Below, piece after piece: positions 1 through 7,565 of a DNA stretch of 64,000 nucleotides. Location of the stretch: positions 50,944 to 114,943 of the forward strand of contig JAMIFM010000029.1 in the NCBI GenBank assembly GCA_035906255.1, written 5' to 3'. The stretch comes from Bacteroidia bacterium (GTDB taxonomy: Bacteria > Bacteroidota > Bacteroidia > UBA8524). Numbering within the stretch: the stretch's first letter is position 1; each line of letters begins with the position of its first letter. Below the pieces are notes generated by a model. That model was not told the origin of the DNA. It worked only from the letters and a program-made list of their open reading frames with translations, and made no database searches. A program made the translations under genes and the position numbers.

Positions 1-2
1 TT

Positions 3-614
3 TCAAAAGGCAAGGCGGGCGAAGACATCCAACGCCAATACGGACAGGGCAATATCGAGTTTATTGATATGAGCTTTAAAGTACGCTACAAGCTGGGCGC
101 AATGGCCGCTTCTTCAAACGCTACGGTAAACATTATCGACACTACCATTGCCAAAACGGAAGGACGTACCGATTTGCATCAAGGCATTTTGCCCGGCAAG
201 ATGGCTTTTGCTATCGGAGCGATACGTTTGGCCTATGGCGAAACCGCAGGATTACCCGAAACAGCGCTGTACCGTAGTCGCAAGTACGGGTTTAACATCA
301 CCCCCGCAGCGGCAGAACAGGCGCAGTTTGTTCCTGCCTTGCTTCAAAACAGCCGATTTGAATTTTGGCAAGGGTCGCGCAGGCTGATAAACGAGCAGGT
401 AGAGACCTTTTTTGCCGACACGGACAGCATCGAAGAAGGCGGCCACCTGTTAGACTGTTTGACCCTCGATAACCCTAAATTATTGATGCCCGACGAAGTT
501 TTATCGGGGATAATCGTTCCCCCTATAACGGGAGCGTCACTGAGTGCGGATGCCTGTATCGAGCTGAAAGTTATCGGTACAGCCGCCCAATTACGCAAAA
601 CATCTGCTGTTTAA
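3..614 (+). CDS. Hypothetical structural-type protein, probably 5'-truncated by window
   Basis: The reading frame is open from nt 3 to the first ATG at 69. A strong intrinsic terminator follows. Product not recognisable. Confidence 0.6.
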   Translation, partial: SKGKAGEDIQRQYGQGNIEFIDMSFKVRYKLGAMAASSNATVNIIDTTIAKTEGRTDLHQGILPGKMAFAIGAIRLAYGETAGLPETALYRSRKYGFNITPAAAEQAQFVPALLQNSRFEFWQGSRRLINEQVETFFADTDSIEEGGHLLDCLTLDNPKLLMPDEVLSGIIVPPITGASLSADACIELKVIGTAAQLRKTSAV

Positions 615-630
615 CCTACCATAACCCAAC

Positions 631-661
631 GGGGGACGGTGTAAGCCGCCCCCCTTTTTTT
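631..661 (+). terminator. Intrinsic terminator
   Basis: GGGGGACGG / CCGCCCCCC hairpin (one mismatch) followed by a T7 run. Confidence 0.8.
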
Positions 662-668
662 AACACTC

Positions 669-1037
669 ATGAGACGATTAAAGACATTAAATATCAGTTT
701 GGCTGCTGCTACTGCGGCAGGTACTTACTCCTATACGTTTACAGCGGACAAGGATATGCAACTGGTAACTGCCATTGCCGTTGCGGAAAACAAACGCAAT
801 GCCTCGGACATCTACCGCATCGGTTTAAAACCGACCAACGGCGGTGATGTAGTGATTGACGTTTGCAACCGTGCCTTTTGGGTAGTGGATGCCGCTACGC
901 CCATTAATGAGCGAATGCTCTTTTTAGGTGAAGGCGGCATTATCGCGCAAGGCTACCAATATACCGTATCGGTGACCCTTGTAGAAAACCTTGTCGGCGC
1001 ACTGAATTTGGATATGGTATTTGACCAACGCAGCTAA
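669..1037 (+). CDS. Hypothetical protein (122 aa)
   Basis: ORF in a co-directional packed array with protein-like composition. No motif recognised. Confidence 0.55.
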   Translation: MRRLKTLNISLAAATAAGTYSYTFTADKDMQLVTAIAVAENKRNASDIYRIGLKPTNGGDVVIDVCNRAFWVVDAATPINERMLFLGEGGIIAQGYQYTVSVTLVENLVGALNLDMVFDQRS

Positions 1038-1042
1038 AGGCT

Positions 1043-1306
1043 ATGGTAAATTGGGAAGACTACAGATACACGGGCGATAACGACAGTTTTCCGCACGAAG
1101 GATATTCAGGGTACAGTGTCGAAAATACGGGAACGGTCAACGTAACCTTAAACGACAACACCCTGCTCACTCCCGGACAGGAACGGGTATTCCCTTATTT
1201 CCCCGACCACTATTACAAAGGGTCGGTACGCCTTTTATGGGCAACCGCAGCAGGCACTAAAAACATTACCGTCAGAGCCTTTCGGATAACAGACCACTGT
1301 CAGTAG
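1043..1306 (+). CDS. Hypothetical protein (87 aa)
   Basis: ORF 5 nt after the previous stop. No motif recognised. Confidence 0.5.
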   Translation: MVNWEDYRYTGDNDSFPHEGYSGYSVENTGTVNVTLNDNTLLTPGQERVFPYFPDHYYKGSVRLLWATAAGTKNITVRAFRITDHCQ

Positions 1307-1335
1307 TCGGTGGTCAGTTGACAAAAACACTAACC
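1306..1335 (+). promoter_or_regulatory. Conserved intergenic element, copy 1 (GTCGGTGGTCAGTTGACAAAAACACTAACC)
   Basis: About 30 nt, near-identical to 3685-3713. Both copies sit 25-30 nt upstream of an ATG (1364 and 3737). Confidence 0.45.
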
Positions 1336-1363
1336 CCAACCCCTAACAACTAACAACCAAAAG

Positions 1364-2326
1364 ATGCAAACCCCGTTCGGAAATACCCCCAATACGACCA
1401 ATTACAACACCTACGGAGCTGCCATCGGTTCGGGGGAAGGTTTTGTATTGGACAGGGTTGCGGGGGCTAAAATGGCGGTATCGGTGCGTAAGCTCTCACA
1501 AGGGTATTCGGGTAACTATGCCCGTATCAGAAGAGCATCGGACAATTTAGAATCTGATATTACTACCCCTTACGGGGGCTTTATCTCACCACAAGCAGCG
1601 GTATCGGACGGCAGCGGACTGCAAGGTTGGCTTTCAGGTGCAGACGGCGCAGGGGTAAGATGGTACGACCAAAGCGGGGCAGCGGCACATTTAACTCAAA
1701 ATACCGCAGCGAACCAGTTTTTGTTACGCTTTGGTTTTACGGGCAACCGTACCGCCTTTGCAGGCAAGCCCTTATCGGATTACCAATGGGTGTATCCTGC
1801 CTCTACGGGCAACTACCTCTTTGGGGCGAACAAACAGTTCTGTTTTCATTTTGTAGTAAAAACCAACGTAGTGGGCGGGTCGGATTTCGGTATGTTTTAC
1901 CACATCGCCTCGGTCAATGACCTTGTACGCGGAATGATACTAAGGGTGGTAGGTTCGGGTAGCGGTTACAAAGCAGGATTTGTGGGCGGGGATTTAAACG
2001 CTACGGTTAATATGTCAACGGTAAGTGTTTTTGACAATACCCGACCGCACCATATTCTTTTCTGCTACGATGGTACAGTAAACACCTCATGGACGGACAG
2101 GCTGACAGTGTATGTGGACGGTATCGCCAGCCCGATGGCGGCATCGTTCCAAACAGGGCCGTTCCCTGCACCGTTGACGCAACCCGTTACCATACCGAGG
2201 GTATGGGCACCCTATACCGCAATTACCAACAGCGGTTTATCCGAAGCTATCCTTTGGGATAGGTTACTCACCCAAACAGAAATTTCATTTCTCACCCAAA
2301 ACACCCGCAAAGCCTATGGACTATAA
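1364..2326 (+). CDS. LamG / concanavalin-A-like lectin-fold protein (possible receptor-binding or fibre component)
   Basis: The C-terminal half has a Laminin_G_3-like pattern: HHILFCYDG...LTVYVDG...GLSEAILWDRLLTQTEISFL. Confidence 0.6.
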   Translation: MQTPFGNTPNTTNYNTYGAAIGSGEGFVLDRVAGAKMAVSVRKLSQGYSGNYARIRRASDNLESDITTPYGGFISPQAAVSDGSGLQGWLSGADGAGVRWYDQSGAAAHLTQNTAANQFLLRFGFTGNRTAFAGKPLSDYQWVYPASTGNYLFGANKQFCFHFVVKTNVVGGSDFGMFYHIASVNDLVRGMILRVVGSGSGYKAGFVGGDLNATVNMSTVSVFDNTRPHHILFCYDGTVNTSWTDRLTVYVDGIASPMAASFQTGPFPAPLTQPVTIPRVWAPYTAITNSGLSEAILWDRLLTQTEISFLTQNTRKAYGL

Positions 2327-2558
2327 ATATTACACCGCCGTATGCTTTGACACGTTGAACGAAGCTGCCCAATTTTCACAAAGCTGCCTTTCCCCGCATA
2401 CAGGGGAAGATGCCGCCACACAGTATATGTACCCCGTCGGCTTTACCGATACAGAAAAATACGCCGTAGTGGTGTACGATTTAAACACCCTTTCGCAAGC
2501 AGACATTTTAAAAGTAACCATACAAAAAATAAGCACAGACTTTATACCCCTTCATTAG
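2316..2558 (+). CDS. Hypothetical protein (80 aa)
   Basis: ORF overlapping the previous stop by 11 nt. No motif. Confidence 0.45.
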   Translation: MDYKYYTAVCFDTLNEAAQFSQSCLSPHTGEDAATQYMYPVGFTDTEKYAVVVYDLNTLSQADILKVTIQKISTDFIPLH

Positions 2559-2560
2559 CC

Positions 2561-2821
2561 ATGTTTGACAAACAACTCACTTTAAAACAAGCCATCGGCA
2601 TTGTTGTATCAGCCGTTACCCTCTGTGGGGGAGCATGGGTGGACATGAAAATATCAGTGGCAAGGCAAGACAATGCCATATCAGAAACCGAACGCCGATT
2701 GGAAGAAACGCGGCGCACTGAAGAGGAACATTACCACGAGTTGAAAGTTTCCAACCAAGCCATCTATGACAAGCTGGTAGAAATACAGGTTTCACTACAA
2801 AACAAGCAAGACCGCCCATGA
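2561..2821 (+). CDS. Single-pass membrane protein with coiled-coil tail (86 aa)
   Basis: N-terminal hydrophobic helix AIGIVVSAVTLCGGAWV followed by a charged heptad-like region. Confidence 0.5.
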   Translation: MFDKQLTLKQAIGIVVSAVTLCGGAWVDMKISVARQDNAISETERRLEETRRTEEEHYHELKVSNQAIYDKLVEIQVSLQNKQDRP

Positions 2822-3636
2822 ATTTTAACCACATCATACAAGGGAGCGCACTGCGCGTAGCGGTCAACGGCAGGGCATTAACCATCTGCAAGCGGTACGA
2901 AGAGATAACAGAAGGGGGCAACACCCCTGAAAACTACGTCCGCGAAGTATTGCAGGGCATGGGCTTATCCCGCTGTACGGTCGAGGTATTCCGCTCCAAC
3001 GGCAACTCCTTTAAAAAAGACAGTCAGTTTGAATATTCCTTAAACGGTCATTCACACGCACAACGCACACCTTCGGGCATTCCGTTAAGCGGTGCGTTTG
3101 AGGGCATGGTTTATACAGGCCACGAAGCACTTTTGGCCAAACAGTACGAAAAATGGTACAACGAAGAAGCCGACAAAAACCGCAAGCTGCGCACTGAGCT
3201 GGACGAGGCGACCCGCGAACTGAACAAAACCAAAAACGATTTGCAGCTTTTGGAAATGCGCAAGGAACTGGAGGCAGAGCAAAAAGCCCTTGTGCTGGAA
3301 AAAGAAAACAAAAAGGGATTGAGCGGGATTGCCGACACGATTGAAAAGTACCCCTTCTTGCAAGGGCTATTGGACAAAATCATGGACAATTTCAGTTCAC
3401 AAGGAAAAACGGGCGGACTGGAAGGCATCGACGACCCTGAAATACAACAGGCCGTTACAGAGGCCACCCAACAGCTTATTAAGCTGGCAACGACCGACCG
3501 CGAGCATTTTGCCTACGTAACCCTTGCCGCCGACAAGCTGGCCGCCGACAAAGAAATGGCTAAGTATATCTACAACTGGATGAATACACCTACTGAGGGC
3601 AGTCAGCAGACGACGGCCAATACACCGCCGCTTTAA
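2818..3636 (+). CDS. Coiled-coil protein (272 aa; scaffold-like, function unknown)
   Basis: 4-nt overlap with the upstream ORF. Long K/E/L-rich coiled-coil segment (aa ~110-170). Confidence 0.55.
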   Translation: MNFNHIIQGSALRVAVNGRALTICKRYEEITEGGNTPENYVREVLQGMGLSRCTVEVFRSNGNSFKKDSQFEYSLNGHSHAQRTPSGIPLSGAFEGMVYTGHEALLAKQYEKWYNEEADKNRKLRTELDEATRELNKTKNDLQLLEMRKELEAEQKALVLEKENKKGLSGIADTIEKYPFLQGLLDKIMDNFSSQGKTGGLEGIDDPEIQQAVTEATQQLIKLATTDREHFAYVTLAADKLAADKEMAKYIYNWMNTPTEGSQQTTANTPPL

Positions 3637-3684
3637 TGGTCGATAGTCAGCAGACGACAGTCCTCAGCAAAACCGTTGACCGTC

Positions 3685-3713
3685 GTCCGTGGACAGTTGA
3701 CCAAACACTAACC
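3685..3713 (+). promoter_or_regulatory. Conserved intergenic element, copy 2 (GTCCGTGGACAGTTGACCAAACACTAACC)
   Basis: Matches 1306-1335. Preceded by two copies of AGTCAGCAGACGAC (3601-3614, 3645-3658). Confidence 0.45.
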
Positions 3714-3736
3714 ACTAATCCCCAATCACAAAAAAA

Positions 3737-3934
3737 ATGGCACAACTCATCATTAACACCACAGAAACCGACCTTTTGGCGCAGAAAAACCGCGCTGCCG
3801 CCCTGCAACGCCTTGCAGACAGCCCCTTTTCCAACTCCTTTTTGTCACTATTGGCCGAATGGTCAAAAATCAAAGGGGCGGAAGAAAAGATTGTACAAAA
3901 TAAAGGAGCGATAAAAGCCAAACTGATACTGTAA
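3737..3934 (+). CDS. Hypothetical protein (65 aa)
   Basis: Preferred over the overlapping ORF 3636-3914 because the conserved element lies just upstream and the composition is more protein-like. Confidence 0.45.
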   Translation: MAQLIINTTETDLLAQKNRAAALQRLADSPFSNSFLSLLAEWSKIKGAEEKIVQNKGAIKAKLIL

Positions 3935-3935
3935 G

Positions 3936-4877
3936 GTGGATTCTAAAGGGTATAAAGACATCGGCATCGGTGCAGGAGTATTCCTGCTCGCCTTCGGGGT
4001 GTACCGCTTTTTCCGTAAAAAGGATTTGGCAGAAACCCCCGGCACGGACGAGTATCAGGAAGCTGCCTTAAAGCAGATTACCGTGGACACTAAAAAACTG
4101 GCTCGCGATAGTTTTTTCTATAAAAGCACCGCCGACCAGTTGGAAAATGAACTCTCGCGCCGTGTTGCCATCTTTGACATCTTCACCTACGATACCAAAA
4201 AGGTATTTTCAGCAGTGGACGGCCTAAACACCGAGGAACTCAAGCAACTGTTAAAATCCTTCGGGGTGCGCAGCTTAAAGAGTTTCAACCTTGTAAAGCT
4301 GAAAGACGGGGGGACGCTTTTGGAGTGGTTCGACAACATCCTTTCCAAAACCGACCTTGACCGTATGCGGCAGGTATTTGCAGCCACAGGGCTGTGGGCG
4401 AAAGCCGACAGCACCAAAGCCAAAGAAAATTACCTCAACTACCTAACTGCGTGGATGGGTAACAACCTTAGCAAAGTGAAATACCCCAATGCCCGTTTAA
4501 CAGTGGGCAGACCCGTGTACTCCACCTATACAGGCAAGGAAAACATGAGCTACTTAGACAACGGGTGGTGGGATATTAACAGTTGGCGGGCTAAAAAAGG
4601 CCAAACGGGGGACTTTTACGTGCGCCCTTCGGATGCCGCCCGACCCATTGGGACAATATCGGATATAATGCGCCTTACCGAAGCTGATAAATTGGGGCAA
4701 GTGCCTTTAATCAAGGTAAAAATTACCCACCCCCAACTGTTCACCAACGCCCCAAACCCTTTGTTAAACCGTGAAGTGTGGCTTATCCCTTCGCGGCTCA
4801 CCGACACCCCGTATAAGCCGCCCTTGGAAGGGATAGGCTTTTCACAACACCCTCAAAAACTTACAGAACTACTTTAA
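3936..4877 (+). CDS. N-terminally membrane-anchored protein (313 aa)
   Basis: GTG start 1 nt after the previous stop. TM helix IGIGAGVFLLAFGVYRFF. Remainder not recognisable. Confidence 0.55.
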   Translation: MDSKGYKDIGIGAGVFLLAFGVYRFFRKKDLAETPGTDEYQEAALKQITVDTKKLARDSFFYKSTADQLENELSRRVAIFDIFTYDTKKVFSAVDGLNTEELKQLLKSFGVRSLKSFNLVKLKDGGTLLEWFDNILSKTDLDRMRQVFAATGLWAKADSTKAKENYLNYLTAWMGNNLSKVKYPNARLTVGRPVYSTYTGKENMSYLDNGWWDINSWRAKKGQTGDFYVRPSDAARPIGTISDIMRLTEADKLGQVPLIKVKITHPQLFTNAPNPLLNREVWLIPSRLTDTPYKPPLEGIGFSQHPQKLTELL

Positions 4878-5120
4878 ATGAAACGACTTAAAAACTTTTT
4901 TGCCATTGTCTATAAAAACCGCAGGACTTCGTTTGCGGGGCTGGTGTGCTTAATTGCCGCACGGCTGTTTTATACCGCCCAAATCTCCACCGAAGAATTT
5001 TTATCGGTAATGGGCTTTTGCTCTGCTTTGGGGTTCTTTCTTGCCAAAGACGGGCAAACCCAAACAGAATACGACAAAGAACATAAAACAGGGGCATACA
5101 CACGATGGGGGGGCAAGTGA
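4878..5120 (+). CDS. Small two-TM membrane protein (holin-like by size and topology only)
   Basis: 80 aa with two hydrophobic helices. Starts right after the upstream stop and lies upstream of the muramidase. Confidence 0.45.
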   Translation: MKRLKNFFAIVYKNRRTSFAGLVCLIAARLFYTAQISTEEFLSVMGFCSALGFFLAKDGQTQTEYDKEHKTGAYTRWGGK

Positions 5121-5671
5121 GGATAAAATACATTCTTATCTGCCTTTTACTGGCCGCTGTAATCGTATTTGTGTATTCCCTTAAATGCGATAGGTCGGAT
5201 AAGCCACCGACCGCAGCTTACCGACCGCCGACCGATACATGGGTTACTATCCCGCGCAGTGTCCATACTACCGACACGGTTACAAAAACCCTGTACGTTC
5301 CGATTGTGCAAACACCGCCCCACGATACGGTATTTATCGGAATAGATACCGCCCAAATCCTCCGTGAATATTTTACCAATAGCCTTTACAAAGAGGTGTA
5401 CTCGGACAGTGCTATGGAGATAGAAATTACCGACAGCATTGCCCACAACCGCCTTGTGTCCCAAAGTGTGCGCTACAAAACCAAAATCCCCCCTGTACCC
5501 CCTGCCGTTCAACTTTGGGCGGGGGTAATTGCCGATACCCGCAAAACAACAGGGGTGGCCTTGTACCTGAAAGACAAAAAACAACGGTTGTACGGGGTGG
5601 GGTTCTCTACCGATAAATCCGTTTGTTTCAGTGTGGCCGTGCCCCTTTTTAAAACAGGAGGCACACGCTGA
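5105..5671 (+). CDS. N-terminally anchored protein (188 aa)
   Basis: TM helix ILICLLLAAVIVFVY. 16-nt overlap with the upstream ORF across a G7 run (5107-5113). Confidence 0.5.
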   Translation: MGGQVRIKYILICLLLAAVIVFVYSLKCDRSDKPPTAAYRPPTDTWVTIPRSVHTTDTVTKTLYVPIVQTPPHDTVFIGIDTAQILREYFTNSLYKEVYSDSAMEIEITDSIAHNRLVSQSVRYKTKIPPVPPAVQLWAGVIADTRKTTGVALYLKDKKQRLYGVGFSTDKSVCFSVAVPLFKTGGTR

Positions 5672-6300
5672 TGGACGCTGTTTTTGAATTGTGGAACGAG
5701 TACATACTCAAAGAGTGGGAAGGGGGTATTGCCGACCGACCATTGCGCGATGACCCCGGTGGTTTAACAAACAAGGGGGTAACAATTGCCGTTTGGAAGG
5801 AATGGGCTCCCAAGTTATTTGGAATAACAGGCAACGAAACCACCCTGCGCCAACTCACCGAAGCCCAAGCCAAACGGGTGGCTTATGAAATCTACTGGAA
5901 GTTTTACGGCATTGACAAAGTAACCAATCCTGCCATTAAGCTGCTGCTTGCTGACTCAGTATGGGGCGGTGGCGGTTACAGCAGTTTGGGGTACAAAACA
6001 GGCAGTTACGCCCAACGTGCCGCACAAATCAACAAAGACAATCAAGCCAACTCCAACCTGTTTAATGTGCTTGTAAACCGCAGGCTGGCCTATTTGCGCA
6101 GCTTAAAGAACTATGAAGTAAACAAGAACGGTTGGGAAAACCGCGTGTGGAAGGGCGACCCTCAACGCCTTTCATTAACACAGGTGGTAGCCAAATACAA
6201 ACTTAACAACGCCGTAGTAGGTATTAGCTTGGTCAGTGCTATTGCATTGGCATTGGTAGCAAGGGCGGTGTACAAAAAGATTAAAAAGCCAAAGAAATGA
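5671..6300 (+). CDS. GH108-type muramidase / peptidoglycan hydrolase with C-terminal TM anchor
   Basis: N-terminus EWEGGIADRPLRDDPGGLTNKGVT fits the GH108 EGG...D.GG.T..G.T pattern. C-terminal helix VVGISLVSAIALALVARAV followed by a KK-rich tail. Confidence 0.7.
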   Translation: MDAVFELWNEYILKEWEGGIADRPLRDDPGGLTNKGVTIAVWKEWAPKLFGITGNETTLRQLTEAQAKRVAYEIYWKFYGIDKVTNPAIKLLLADSVWGGGGYSSLGYKTGSYAQRAAQINKDNQANSNLFNVLVNRRLAYLRSLKNYEVNKNGWENRVWKGDPQRLSLTQVVAKYKLNNAVVGISLVSAIALALVARAVYKKIKKPKK

Positions 6301-7073
6301 ACCTGCCAAAATTTAAGAACCAGCACGAAGTAAACCAGTATATCCAAACCTTTATCGCCCAAAAAGACGGTAAAGGGGAAGGATATACCACAGAAGACAA
6401 GGAACTGATAGCCCGTTATTCGGGTAGCGGCGGTCTTGCCTCCAAAGGGGCGAAAGCAGACGCAGGGCTACTGTATGAATTTTATACCCCTGATTGGCTT
6501 TGCGGATTAATGTGGAAACTTGCCCTGCATCACGGATATGACGGGGGAACGGTATTAGAACCTTCGTGTGCTACGGGTAATCTTTTTAAAGATGCCCCCG
6601 ATGAAAGTAAATGTGTGGGGTTCGAGACCAATCCCACCACTGCACGTATCGCCCAAATCCTTTATCCCAAAGCAACCATACATACTGGCTATTTTGAAAC
6701 GGCCTTTTTAGACCCCCCGCGTTTTGTCTCTAAACTCAAAGGCAAAACAACGTGGTTGAAAGAATACCCTTTTTCTTTGGTTATCGGCAACCCACCGTAT
6801 GGCCTTTACAAGAACCGTTACAGCAGCTACTTTGATAAAAGACTGTTTAAACAGGTAGAGATATTTTTCATTTACCAAGCCCTACAACTGCTCACTTCGG
6901 GCGGGCTATTGGTGTACTTGTTAAGCCAAAACTTTTTACGTACCGGCGATAAGTACAACAATGCAAAAGAGGCCATCGGAAAATATGCCGACCTGATAGA
7001 TGCTTACCGACTGCCCAAAGTATTTACACATTCGGATGTGCCTACCGATATACTGGTTTTGAAAAGGAAATAG
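6297..7073 (+). CDS. N6-adenine DNA methyltransferase (gamma-type motif order)
   Basis: EFYTP, then AdoMet motif LEPSCATGNLF, then catalytic VIGNPPYG. Confidence 0.8.
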   Translation: MNLPKFKNQHEVNQYIQTFIAQKDGKGEGYTTEDKELIARYSGSGGLASKGAKADAGLLYEFYTPDWLCGLMWKLALHHGYDGGTVLEPSCATGNLFKDAPDESKCVGFETNPTTARIAQILYPKATIHTGYFETAFLDPPRFVSKLKGKTTWLKEYPFSLVIGNPPYGLYKNRYSSYFDKRLFKQVEIFFIYQALQLLTSGGLLVYLLSQNFLRTGDKYNNAKEAIGKYADLIDAYRLPKVFTHSDVPTDILVLKRK

Positions 7074-7076
7074 CAG

Positions 7077-7298
7077 CTAATCGTCAAATATTGAAGTATA
7101 AGGCTTTATAAGGGTGAGGTTTTCTATTTCATCAACTTTTACATATTCCCTTTCCAGTGTAATGTGATTAAAAAACCGAAATGTCTGATTTGAATGGCTG
7201 AACTCTGAAAAGTAAGTCCCTTCGCAGTAAATGCCCTCCTTAGTAAAGAAGCTAATTTCATCAAGATAACTAAGTTCTTTCACTGAAACCTCTTTCAT
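7077..7298 (-). CDS. Hypothetical small protein on opposite strand (moron-like)
   Basis: The only reverse ORF inside the block. AT-rich. Start taken at MKEVSV. No motif. Confidence 0.4.
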   Translation of the reverse strand: MKEVSVKELSYLDEISFFTKEGIYCEGTYFSEFSHSNQTFRFFNHITLEREYVKVDEIENLTLIKPYTSIFDD

Positions 7299-7352
7299 AC
7301 CCCACAAAGATATAGCCTAAAGAAATAGGTAAAACATTTTAAGTTTTTAACA

Positions 7353-7565
7353 ATGACCGACAACCAAATACAACAACTAAGAACCGAAGTGCGCAAGGAG
7401 CTGCAAAACCTTGCCCCTTCCATATATCCATATTTTTCAAAGCTGGCAAAGGATGGCGACGGTTTAAACCAAGCAGAAGCAACGGTAATAGGATACATGG
7501 CAAAAAATGCCGTATCGGTGATGAGTGCCATTGCCCAATTGGAGGGGGAATATGAAGCGGGATAA
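7353..7565 (+). CDS. Hypothetical protein (70 aa)
   Basis: ORF whose end overlaps the helicase start. No motif. Confidence 0.45.
   Translation: MTDNQIQQLRTEVRKELQNLAPSIYPYFSKLAKDGDGLNQAEATVIGYMAKNAVSVMSAIAQLEGEYEAG

Noticed and set aside
3636-3914. 92-aa ORF starting at the TAATG overlap with the previous gene
   Set aside because: Its P/T/Q/W-rich composition is not protein-like. It runs across the conserved intergenic element at 3685-3713 and overlaps the better-looking 65-aa ORF at 3737-3934, which has the same element-to-ATG geometry as the gene at 1364.
6619-6629. GGTTCGAGACC, which resembles a tRNA T-arm
   Set aside because: It lies inside the methyltransferase CDS, with no acceptor, D or anticodon stems around it. 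I found no convincing tRNA or rRNA anywhere in the window.
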